Of a stretch of DNA of 38,845 bases, positions 1-7,325 are shown piece by piece. Under the pieces are notes generated by a model. That model was not told the DNA's origin, made no database searches, and was given only the letters and a program-made list of their open reading frames with translations. A program made the position numbers and the translations under genes. The stretch is from a virus (taxonomy: Duplodnaviria > Caudoviricetes). How positions within the stretch are numbered: the stretch's first letter is position 1; the number at the start of each line of letters is the position of its first letter. The DNA lies in the IMG/VR virus record IMGVR_UViG_3300020045_007055, positions 1 through 38,845 of that record; one strand, 5' to 3'.

Positions 1-111
1 GGAAGATGCTCATTTGATATCCACCATTTCGTCGTTTCATCTCTCACCCGCTGTTTTTTGAGCAGACGCTCGATCTCTTTGGGCGTCTTCGCGCCAACCA
101 TTACCACAACG
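1..111. repeat. Terminal direct repeat (circular-assembly overlap), copy 1
   Basis: GGAAGATGCT...CCACAACG at 1-111 is identical to 38735-38845, and a reading frame runs through the junction. Confidence 0.97.
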
Positions 112-167
112 TCTACAAAATAAAGCGGGATGTGGAAGTAGATAGAATAACAATTCTTTTTTTTCAT
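1..167 (-). CDS. 5' part of origin-spanning HExxH protein (continues as 38509-38845)
   Basis: ATG at 167 reads MKKKNCYSIYFHIPLYFVDVVVMVGAKTPKE..., in frame with the listed 38509..38841 ORF once circularised. Confidence 0.8.
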   Translation of the reverse strand, partial: MKKKNCYSIYFHIPLYFVDVVVMVGAKTPKEIERLLKKQRVRDETTKWWISNEHL

Positions 168-170
168 ATA

Positions 171-270
171 GTTTTCTTCCACCAACCTCGTGCTGGCCTA
201 CTAACATCGTCTCCGAAGAAACGACCCATGCGTGTGTCTAACGCATACCGCGCGAGATTGATGGGAGAGA
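171..270 (-). other. Intergenic structured RNA element (long outer stem with two inner hairpins)
   Basis: Minus strand: TCTCCCATCAATCTCGCGC pairs with GCACGAGGTTGGTGGAAGA using G-U pairs. Inner hairpins are ATGCGT/ACGCAT and TCGTTTC-TTCG-GAGACGA (cUUCGg tetraloop). Confidence 0.55.
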
Positions 271-298
271 ACCCCCGAGAGCCTCGGGGAGATGCTCG

Positions 299-520
299 TT
301 AGCCGGAGCCGGAGCCGGAGCTGGAGCCGTAGCCGGAGCCGTAGCCGGAGCCGGAGCCGGAGCCGGAGCCGTAGCCGTAGCCGTAGCCGGAGCCGCAGCC
401 GGAGCCGTAGCCGGAGCCGGAGCCGTAGCCGTAGCCGGAGCCGGAGCCGGAGCCGCGGACGGAGCCGTAGCCGGAGCCGTAGCCGGCGCCGGAGCCGGAG
501 CCGGAGCCTACATTTCCCAT
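299..520 (-). CDS. Gly/Ser/Tyr low-complexity repeat protein
   Basis: GSGSGYG repeats from GGCTCC/GGCTAC hexamers. The start overlaps the end of the upstream ORF, a pairing commonly seen in phages. Confidence 0.6.
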   Translation of the reverse strand: MGNVGSGSGSGAGYGSGYGSVRGSGSGSGYGYGSGSGYGSGCGSGYGYGYGSGSGSGSGYGSGYGSSSGSGSG

Positions 521-855
521 ATTTTTACATCAGCGATAGATTTTTTAGCTTTCTCTGTGCAAGGTAGCACCTCGATGATTTCTGTTAATTCCACGAATGG
601 TACTTCACATGGGAACTTGCAATTCTCTGGAATCGCAGTTCCTTCTTGGGAAAGTTGAGAGAGTGACGCAGCACCATCCCAATAAAAAATGCGACGAGCT
701 TTTAATACTTTTCCGCGCTTCCCATCCTCACTTCGTTCTGTGAGATATCCAGCGAAAACACCAGCAGAATATGTACGCACGATGACGTAAAGATCATCGG
801 TGATGTTTGTGACCTGCTCAGACTTTGGAACGTACTCGATACCATCGATTATCAT
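508..855 (-). CDS. Conserved phage hypothetical protein (DUF6948-like)
   Basis: Motifs YVIVRTYSAGVFAG, ARRIFYWDGAASLSQL, EIIEVLPCTEKA; A-rich leader. Family name is from recall. Confidence 0.75.
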   Translation of the reverse strand: MIIDGIEYVPKSEQVTNITDDLYVIVRTYSAGVFAGYLTERSEDGKRGKVLKARRIFYWDGAASLSQLSQEGTAIPENCKFPCEVPFVELTEIIEVLPCTEKAKKSIADVKIWEM

Positions 856-877
856 ATTTTTATTTACTGCGGGTTAA

Positions 878-947
878 TCCCCGCTCGGGATGGACGATAT
901 AGGATGAGCAAACAAACCTATATTCGACGTCCTCCCTGAGCGAGGGG
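878..947 (-). other. Long imperfect intergenic hairpin upstream of the 855 start
   Basis: CCCCTCGCTCAGGGAGGACG...ATATAGG pairs with CCTATAT...CGTCCATCCCGAGCGGGG. Confidence 0.5.
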
Positions 948-1042
948 CCAGATGTGCAATCTGACCCATGAGAGAGAAAAGAACGATGTACCTCACGCGA
1001 GGGAATATCGGCGTGTTTCAGCCGACGGGCCGCTCGTTTCGG

Positions 1043-1243
1043 TTAGGGGGTCGCACGTCTTGAGAACGTGCGGACGCTGTCCAGGTGGTAGATGTCGAGG
1101 TGCATCAGCTGCTTCCCGACGTGGAAACGGACAGTGATGCGAGCCTTGGCCTTCTGCATGACGTTGTAGAGCACCTCCAGCTCACCGAGCGTGATGTCAG
1201 GACACTCGACGGGCTTGCCGTCCTTGAAGTAGGCGACACACAT
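1043..1243 (-). CDS. Hypothetical protein (MCVAYFKDGK...)
   Basis: ATG at 1243 preceded by GGAG and 2 nt after the previous stop. Confidence 0.65.
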   Translation of the reverse strand: MCVAYFKDGKPVECPDITLGELEVLYNVMQKAKARITVRFHVGKQLMHLDIYHLDSVRTFSRRATP

Positions 1244-1245
1244 GG

Positions 1246-1383
1246 CTACTTCTCCGGCTTCTTCATGAAGCGACGATGCGACGAGCGGATGAGCGCCTTG
1301 ACCGGAGCGGGTTTGGGAGGGTTCTTTTTCTCCTCCTGCTCCTTGGCCCAGTCGATGAGCTTCTTGCCCTTCTTCTTGCTCAT
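1246..1383 (-). CDS. Small Lys-rich protein, 45 aa (MSKKKGKKLIDWAKEQ...)
   Basis: Read manually. Strong SD AAGGAGGT, ATGA overlap with the 1380..1592 stop. Confidence 0.65.
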   Translation of the reverse strand: MSKKKGKKLIDWAKEQEEKKNPPKPAPVKALIRSSHRRFMKKPEK

Positions 1384-1592
1384 GCGCCACCTCCTTCACA
1401 GTTCACAGGAGGCTTGTGACGCTCCAGCGCCTGCAAGTAGAACTCGTGAGGGCCGGACTTCGTGAAACGCGGGTCGAACTCGTCCCATGCCTTGAGGCAC
1501 AGGTCGTCACGACACACGATGTGCGTCTTGTGGTGCTTCGGCTCCACGTTGTCCTGGAGAGTCTTGCGACACATGATGCAAGTCTTGAGCAT
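1380..1592 (-). CDS. Small Cys/His (possible Zn-binding) protein
   Basis: CxxC...HxxC....C pattern; SD AAGGAG upstream. Confidence 0.65.
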   Translation of the reverse strand: MLKTCIMCRKTLQDNVEPKHHKTHIVCRDDLCLKAWDEFDPRFTKSGPHEFYLQALERHKPPVNCEGGGA

Positions 1593-1609
1593 TGGGGGGA
1601 CTCCTTTGC

Positions 1610-1739
1610 GGATTCATATTCCGCTGTGAGGAGTGATAGAAGGCAACCGACAAACGAGATTCAAACGGCATAGTTTCGAGCAAGCCTCTCTCCTTTTGTC
1701 AGCCCCCGTCTATCACTCCTCACAGCGAGATATGAGTCC
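1610..1739 (-). other. ~50-bp stem RNA hairpin
   Basis: Perfect 19-bp inverted repeat CGCTGTGAGGAGTGATAGA (1622-1640) / TCTATCACTCCTCACAGCG (1709-1727), extended by imperfect pairing on both sides. Confidence 0.7.
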
Positions 1740-1915
1740 CACCCGCACCGCTCCTGTGTCTCGAAAGTCACACACGAACGGTTCGGGCGGGAGGCGATAG
1801 CTAGATGATCTCCGCTCCGCAGCGAACATCAGTCGGCGATAAACGCCACCTTGTTACTATCGCTCCGTCCCGCCTGATAGAATGGGACGAGAAGCTGATC
1901 TTTTCTTCTCGCTTG

Positions 1916-1990
1916 GGCGGGAGGCAACGTGCAGTCCGTGGCCGTTGGACTCCTAGCGTTGAATTATCAACGACGTTGCGATGTCCCGCC
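1916..1990 (-). ncRNA. Candidate three-way-junction structured RNA
   Basis: GGCGGGA/TCCCGCC and GCAACGT/ACGTTGC close the hairpins CGTTGA-TAAT-TCAACG and GTCC-AACGGCCAC-GGAC. Confidence 0.4.
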
Positions 1991-2041
1991 TTCCGACCGC
2001 TTAGCTCTAAACGATCAGGAGGCGAGAGGCGAGGATAAGGC

Positions 2042-2335
2042 TCACCAACTGCCTATGACTTCAAGACAGTCTAATTGTAAAGATTCGCTCAAGCACAGCG
2101 AATGTATGCACACAGCTATTATTTTCCCGTTTCTTGCGTCTCTAACCGTTTTTTGTTTTTCAGCAATTTGAGCCGCGCGATCTGCAAGAATCGTGACCTG
2201 CTTCTTGCTAGCCTCTGTGGCTAATTGCGCGACCTTCACTGCTTCATCCCAAAGCTCACGGAACTCTTGGCCATTGGCCTTTTCAAGACGTTGTAAGGCT
2301 ATTTCTGCTATGAAAGGAATTGATAAATTATGCAT
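2042..2335 (-). CDS. Hypothetical helical protein (probable start MHNLSIPF)
   Basis: Open frame in the leftward operon with an A-rich leader. Confidence 0.55.
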   Translation of the reverse strand: MHNLSIPFIAEIALQRLEKANGQEFRELWDEAVKVAQLATEASKKQVTILADRAAQIAEKQKTVRDARNGKIIAVCIHSLCLSESLQLDCLEVIGSW

Positions 2336-2548
2336 ATTGTCATTAGTTTTGTTCCCGCCATCCACCGCTTATGTCGCAACGAAAGTGACGTAAGCAGTGA
2401 GTGGCGAGACCCGTGACGCAGACACGGGTACCACCTGGGGGAGAGATTTCGTCGCTCCCGCGTTCACCACCCCGTCGATGCTTGCTTCCGCAAGTGTGTG
2501 CAGGTGCGCTACATCACAAAATGCAGGACGTGCGGGGCAGTTACTGGA

Positions 2549-2680
2549 TTAGCGCTTTTTGGTCAAGCGCTCGCTTTCCTTTTTTAACCACTCGATGAAA
2601 TCTTCGTCAGACATGCTTTGCTTATGTGCCCATACTTTTGCCATCGCAACAATGCGCTTACTCAGCTCATCTGAAATCAT
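2549..2680 (-). CDS. Small hypothetical protein, 43 aa (MISDELSKRIVAMAK...)
   Basis: Read manually; starts 5 nt after the previous stop. Confidence 0.55.
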   Translation of the reverse strand: MISDELSKRIVAMAKVWAHKQSMSDEDFIEWLKKESERLTKKR

Positions 2681-2685
2681 ATCAA

Positions 2686-2976
2686 TCACCAGTAAACTTC
2701 GACGGTCCTGATTTGCTTGCCGTAGGCTTTTGCTTCTTTGAGCGTGTCTTTGTAGATATCGAATCGGTTGTCGTACTTTCGTGCAAGGCGATCATCGCAA
2801 GTAAACGCATTTCCACCAATAAGAGCGATTGCTGTTTTTGCAATGCGTCGAGGGCATGCAATAGAGCGACCTGCCTCCGGTTGCTTTCCCATGGCGTTAA
2901 TGCAAGTGGACTGGCCTTCGCATGTGTACGCGGTTGTGACCGCTTGGATGATTTCATAGTGTGGGCCTATAAACAT
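2686..2976 (-). CDS. 3D-domain (MltA-like lytic transglycosylase fold) protein
   Basis: TTAYT...IACPR...CDDR...RFDIY....A..YG.Q...V.V matches the 3D-domain pattern. Confidence 0.7.
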   Translation of the reverse strand: MFIGPHYEIIQAVTTAYTCEGQSTCINAMGKQPEAGRSIACPRRIAKTAIALIGGNAFTCDDRLARKYDNRFDIYKDTLKEAKAYGKQIRTVEVYW

Positions 2977-3233
2977 ATTACCTTCTCGACTGTCACTTCG
3001 AAGCCTTTGTATGTGTTGATACGTCCTTCGAGATATACACGCGTTCCTTCAGCGCATCGCGCGTTCACGATCTCGCCGATCTTGTTCCATGCGACACAGG
3101 GGATTTCGTTGACGTGTTCGCCTTGCTCACAGAGCAGAGTAAAACAGATTGATGACGTATCGTTGTCGTATTCGTAGAACGGCTGCAAGTTGCCTATAAG
3201 GCCAAGGAGCAGAACTTTATTTGATGAGGTCAT
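2967..3233 (-). CDS. ssb: SSB-like OB-fold protein lacking the acidic tail
   Basis: NKVLLLG...IPCVAWNKIGE...GTRVYLEGRINT. Confidence 0.75.
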   Translation of the reverse strand: MTSSNKVLLLGLIGNLQPFYEYDNDTSSICFTLLCEQGEHVNEIPCVAWNKIGEIVNARCAEGTRVYLEGRINTYKGFEVTVEKVICL

Positions 3234-3255
3234 TGCTTGAAATTTGTGCGCCTAA

Positions 3256-3747
3256 TTAAAATGGCGCAACCTGATCCTTGTCTTCCGCTTCTTCACGCAA
3301 CTGCATGAGGATGCTTGGCTGTGCAGCGATCTCAGCGACTTCAGCAGGCGTGAGTGCGGTATTGGATCGTGCGGCCATAACCGTGTAATCCGTTTCCATG
3401 CCAGCGCCGGATTTTGTAATGATGATATCGAACGGAGGCAAGCCATCGAATGCAGTCTCAGATGCCGTGGCGAGTGTCTTCAATCCTTTCATAATCATGA
3501 CACCAAGCTCAGCAACTTTGATCTTGCCGTCGGCGCGGTCAATCACCCACATAGCATAACGCAATTTCGCCTCCTTATCTTTTTCTGCTGCCTCTTTGGT
3601 GAGGTACTTCTTTGCGGTTTTCTCAACGCGATTGAACGAGGTCCATGTTGGAATCGGCTCCCCAACAATACGGACTTTATTCTCACCGTCCTGCAACCGA
3701 TAATACATCCCACCGTCTCCACCAAGCTCTAAGTCTTTAAAAGACAT
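3256..3747 (-). CDS. Phage ssDNA-binding protein (gp32-like/other phage SSB)
   Basis: YYRLQDGENKVRI...FDIIITKSGAGMETDYTV with an acidic C-terminus ending in APF. Confidence 0.65.
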   Translation of the reverse strand: MSFKDLELGGDGGMYYRLQDGENKVRIVGEPIPTWTSFNRVEKTAKKYLTKEAAEKDKEAKLRYAMWVIDRADGKIKVAELGVMIMKGLKTLATASETAFDGLPPFDIIITKSGAGMETDYTVMAARSNTALTPAEVAEIAAQPSILMQLREEAEDKDQVAPF

Positions 3748-3812
3748 ATGCCTTCAATGGCTATTGTCGGGTAATCCCCGACTGAACGAATGGCCCACGG
3801 TGGCCATCGTGT

Positions 3813-4127
3813 TCAATCGACAATTCTCTTGTGTGTTGCTAATTCAAAACAAACAGCGGATACACGCAGAAACTCCTCGACGAGCGATGCGTCGTCAAGA
3901 TTTGGATTCACGAGTGAACATCTGAAGTACTCCATCTCACGCCAAATGGCGTCGCGTTGGAGTGACTCAACCGTGTCCAATTCAAGCGCAAGGAATACTT
4001 TATCCATTGCGGATGCGAGTGCATGTCGCTTCATGCTCGCTTCCTCTGGGATTACCTCACAATGTTCTTTACATGCTGTACAAACGTCCAAGCGAACCGC
4101 TGCGCTACAACAATTTGATTGGTTCAT
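3813..4127 (-). CDS. Hypothetical protein with N-terminal Cys cluster (SNCCSA...CTACKEHC)
   Basis: Zn-ribbon-like N-terminus; probable start MNQSNCC. Confidence 0.65.
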   Translation of the reverse strand: MNQSNCCSAAVRLDVCTACKEHCEVIPEEASMKRHALASAMDKVFLALELDTVESLQRDAIWREMEYFRCSLVNPNLDDASLVEEFLRVSAVCFELATHKRIVD

Positions 4128-4128
4128 A

Positions 4129-4371
4129 TCATTTCCGATTACCTGCAATCATTGGGTCACTCTCCATGGTTTTAAGAGCGAAGATCCACTCGTCAGCATT
4201 ATCATCGAAGACGTACTCGCGATCCGGTCCGAACGTGTTACGGACCGCGGTGGCTTTTTCTTCGGCTCCGAGGATCGGCAACGTGATCGTCTCCTTGGCT
4301 TCCCATCCTGGCTCCACGACGTCACGTGGATCGTCTTGGATAGGGTCAAAGTCGATTGGGATTATGCGCAT
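4129..4371 (-). CDS. Hypothetical acidic protein
   Basis: Tightly packed ORF in the leftward operon. Confidence 0.55.
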   Translation of the reverse strand: MRIIPIDFDPIQDDPRDVVEPGWEAKETITLPILGAEEKATAVRNTFGPDREYVFDDNADEWIFALKTMESDPMIAGNRK

Positions 4372-4541
4372 ACGATTGGCGTTGTGTTAGGTGCATTATA
4401 GGACCATGCGTATTCATGCGCCATATCTTCGAGCGTCTCGTCCGAGAGGCGAGTGATGCTGTCAAAGTCTGGCATGTCGTCACCGATGAGCGCGGACAGG
4501 ATGCGCTCCTTTTCTTGCAAGTAGGAAATAAAGGCTTTCAT
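4362..4541 (-). CDS. Hypothetical protein, 59 aa (MKAFISYLQEKE...), first gene of the leftward operon
   Basis: Read manually; AT-rich leader; overlaps the next start. Confidence 0.6.
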   Translation of the reverse strand: MKAFISYLQEKERILSALIGDDMPDFDSITRLSDETLEDMAHEYAWSYNAPNTTPIVCA

Positions 4542-4759
4542 AATAATGTTTAGCGTCCGACTAAGCGTCAGGCGCAGATATGGGCAGGCAGAGGCACGAC
4601 TGGCTCGTGTAGGTCCGCCCGTATCTTCATTTGTGAATGGTCGTCGTCCCCTTCACGCGCTCCCGTTCATCAGGGTTTCACTCTGTCTGAGAGCGGAGAG
4701 GATATTGGCAGTTCGCACCACCGCTTCCGTCTCCGCCTTGCCGTCTCGTCTATGGGTAC

Positions 4760-4788
4760 AGAATAACAGATTTCTGCATGTAGTGCAA
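4760..4788 (-). promoter_or_regulatory. Leftward sigma70 promoter
   Basis: TTGCAC-17 nt-TATTCT with extended TG, followed by a ~210-nt structured leader. Confidence 0.6.
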
Positions 4789-4820
4789 GTGCCTGATTCT
4801 ATTGGGTTTTCTCTCTTTTC

Positions 4821-4829
4821 TGTGGATAA
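4821..4829 (-). promoter_or_regulatory. Consensus DnaA box
   Basis: TGTGGATAA = TTATCCACA on the minus strand. Confidence 0.4.
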
Positions 4830-4949
4830 GTTTCCACGATAACTACACACCATTTACCGTCTATCTGTTCGATATTTGCCGTTCCTTTTCCTCTATACGC
4901 GGATAGCGACAGGAGCGCGGCGTTTTCAGACGCAAACGGGAGGACCCAT

Positions 4950-5129
4950 CTATTTTCGCGTTTTGGCATGTGAGCGCAAACGCTTTAACGTCTCCGGTGA
5001 GATGCCACGCGTGGTTAAAATCCTGAGCGTGTATTCAAGATCAAGCGACTTCATCCACGCTTTGACTGTGTTGTGCGAGACGCCGAGTTCTTTTGCTGTT
5101 TCAACGATTCCGTATATTTTCTGTTTCAT
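4950..5129 (-). CDS. Helix-turn-helix DNA-binding protein (MerR/excisionase-like)
   Basis: YGIVETAKELGVSHNTVKAW. Confidence 0.75.
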   Translation of the reverse strand: MKQKIYGIVETAKELGVSHNTVKAWMKSLDLEYTLRILTTRGISPETLKRLRSHAKTRK

Positions 5130-5158
5130 ATGCATGTAGTGTATACTACGACTGCACT

Positions 5159-5380
5159 ATGAGCAATCATGCTTACGATGGAGAGTCACTTTTCCATATT
5201 GTCGATGATGAAACGTTCGCGCTCGTCCATAAACGGAAACTAGAGGCAAACGGATATAATGTTCGCATCACGCACAACCTTAAACAGGGCGCGTGGAAGG
5301 TATACGCGAAACTCACGCCCTATTGCGCACCTAAGAAAAAATATAAACGTCTCCAGATGGAGTGGGATGCAATCGTATGA
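5159..5380 (+). CDS. Hypothetical protein (MSNHAYDGES...)
   Basis: ATG at 5159, divergent from the HTH gene; ATGA overlap with the next gene. Confidence 0.6.
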   Translation: MSNHAYDGESLFHIVDDETFALVHKRKLEANGYNVRITHNLKQGAWKVYAKLTPYCAPKKKYKRLQMEWDAIV

Positions 5381-5877
5381 AGGAATCCGATATTCAGCGT
5401 GCCATTATAGACTATCTACACCTCGTCGGGTGCTACGCGATCAAGATACAGTCAGGCGCAGCTATTAACGCGATGACTGGCACGTTCATCCAGATGGCAG
5501 AGAAAGGCACGCCTGACTTGATCGTGTCGCGCAAACCGTTTATCCGTGACGACCGCAAATGTTTTGAGATTGGGTTCGTGGAGGTCAAAACACCAGTCGG
5601 ACGTTTATCTGATGCGCAGATATACAGACTCCGGGATCTGCATAAACGCGGCCACTCTTGGTGTGTTGCTACATCTATTGACGATATCAAGCGCTGGCTA
5701 GATGACGTGACGTACCACGGACCAACAAAACTCGTGGACAAAGTTTTTGACGAGGACAATAAATTTGTATTCAAGCCGACTCGTGGGAACAAACTATCCA
5801 TGTCGGCATTCAACGAATACACGCGCTGGGCTGATAAACGCGACATATCCCCAAACGAAAGCAATATCCCATTTTGA
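5377..5877 (+). CDS. VRR-NUC (PD-(D/E)xK) nuclease / putative resolvase
   Basis: MKESDIQRAIIDYL...GTPDLI...FVEVKTPVGRLSDAQ. Confidence 0.88.
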   Translation: MKESDIQRAIIDYLHLVGCYAIKIQSGAAINAMTGTFIQMAEKGTPDLIVSRKPFIRDDRKCFEIGFVEVKTPVGRLSDAQIYRLRDLHKRGHSWCVATSIDDIKRWLDDVTYHGPTKLVDKVFDEDNKFVFKPTRGNKLSMSAFNEYTRWADKRDISPNESNIPF

Positions 5878-5935
5878 GGTGTGATATACTACCGGCCATA
5901 AGCAACCTAATGCCCAGTCGGGCGAGCAAAGAAAT

Positions 5936-6388
5936 ATGCTCTTACAAGGTCCGGTCAATCAGTCGCATCTGATTCGCATGATGCTCGAAAACGAGTACGC
6001 TTTTTCTGTACAGTACGAAGATAAAAAGGAGATACGTTGCGCGCATTATAAGGGTTTATGGACAGTCGCATTTTATAAAAATGGTCTTCTATGGAAGACA
6101 TTTTGCATGGATGATACTTGCAACATGGATAATCATAGCTGGCAGATTGATCCAATCTTAAAGGGGTTCATGGAGGCGCGAAAGGAGCGGCTGGAATCAA
6201 AGTACGAGAATGGTGACTTTCATCGTGAGTATCCGGCAGAAGTCCTGTATGACATTCTCGTTCTCTTGGCCGGACATAACAATAACATTCAGACAATAAA
6301 TATCGTTCAGCCTGGGCGTAATGCCAGAATTGATGAATTTACTGGCGAATTTTTCCTCGCACCACGAGAAGGTGAGTTCAAAAAATAG
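5936..6388 (+). CDS. Hypothetical protein
   Basis: 150-aa ORF with TGATATACT extended -10 upstream (5882-5890). Confidence 0.7.
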   Translation: MLLQGPVNQSHLIRMMLENEYAFSVQYEDKKEIRCAHYKGLWTVAFYKNGLLWKTFCMDDTCNMDNHSWQIDPILKGFMEARKERLESKYENGDFHREYPAEVLYDILVLLAGHNNNIQTINIVQPGRNARIDEFTGEFFLAPREGEFKK

Positions 6389-6394
6389 ACTGCT

Positions 6395-6784
6395 ATGAAA
6401 TCCAAGGAGCTCCTTATCAATTTTCCTGAGAGTTTGCGTAGCAAAAAACAATGGGTGATGTGGAAGATGGTTAAAATCGTAGATAAAAAAACAGGTGCAG
6501 ACAGATATACCAAAGTACCTTTTCAAGTTAATGGACGAAACGCCGCGGTCGATAATCCGAATACATGGAGTACATTCCAGGCATGTTACGAAGCGGCCGA
6601 CAAGTGGGATGGTGTCGGGTTTGTATTTACGGATGGCATTATCGGCATCGATCTCGACAAGTGTTTTGAATACGACGGAACATTAAAAGACTTCGCGCAG
6701 GACATTCTCTTATCGTTTGATTCTTATACAGAGCGATCTCCGAGTGGGAATGGACTGCATATCATCATAGAAAGCAACATATAA
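6395..6784 (+). pseudogene. N-terminal primase-polymerase (AEP) domain, truncated
   Basis: QWVMW...KVPFQ...NPNTWSTF...GVGFVF..GIIGIDLDKC...YTERSPSGNGLHII, then an abrupt stop at the inversion junction. Confidence 0.85.
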
Positions 6785-7056
6785 AAGTCTCTATCTTCTG
6801 TGCTGAGCGTGCTTTCGACGTGCCACGGGCTTCCTAGTACTCGTAGCGCTGTGCTTTTGCGCCATCCTTGCTTACCCTCCAGCACAAGCACCTGATCGAA
6901 CTGACACCCTGGATGGAGTACACGTGATACAAGGCCCTTCATCCAATTTGCGCCCATACTCTCGTGCAGCTCGTTATTTGGCACTCCGAACGTCTGATGG
7001 AGCCAATAGTCCAGTCTCGGCACCTCGTCCCATCGTAAGCCGCGGAGATAGTCCAC
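6780..7056 (-). pseudogene. Inverted internal fragment of a VirE/VapE P-loop helicase domain
   Basis: DYLRGLRWDEVPRLDYWL...WMKGLVSRVLHPGCQFDQVLVLEGKQGWRKST (Walker A-like), lying antisense to the flanking pieces. Confidence 0.85.
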
Positions 7057-7322
7057 AGGAGGAACTAGAGGCCCTACAGGAGACCAAAACCGAGCAGGAC
7101 GACTACACGGAGGCGATGATTAAATGGTACGAGGGGCTGAATGAGTGGGACAAGCTAAGCGGCATAACGCCACAGATGGCGTATAACGGTGCGATTGATC
7201 CAAATCGGACAGATATCCCGAAGGAGATTGGATGGCGTATTAAGAAGGTTTTGAAGTCAGCTCTCAAATTACAGAGCAAAAACAAGAAAGTCGGGGAAAG
7301 GGTGCTCAAACGATGGTTTTGA
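7054..7322 (+). pseudogene. C-terminal fragment of the primase/VirE gene
   Basis: EELEALQE...DDYTEAMIKW...RIKKVLK.L....K....RVLKRWF is typical of the VirE C-terminal winged-helix tail; no credible start of its own. Confidence 0.7.
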
Positions 7323-7325
7323 CCA

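Noticed and set aside
1-111. Biological terminal repeat of the virion DNA
   Set aside because: It falls mid-gene and is most simply an assembler overlap. It says nothing about the real genome ends.
292-567. Arg-Ser (SR-like) repeat ORF on the + strand
   Set aside because: It is the antisense shadow of the GS/GY repeat. All neighbouring genes are on the minus strand and it has no leader.
4635-4685. Hammerhead ribozyme (CTGATGA-stem-GAA on the minus strand)
   Set aside because: The core reads GAAG rather than GAAA, and no convincing stems I/III with a cleavage triplet could be built.
6770-7060. Programmed invertible (phase-variation) segment
   Set aside because: No recombinase gene or inverted-repeat sites were seen, and re-inversion would not restore the missing sequence.
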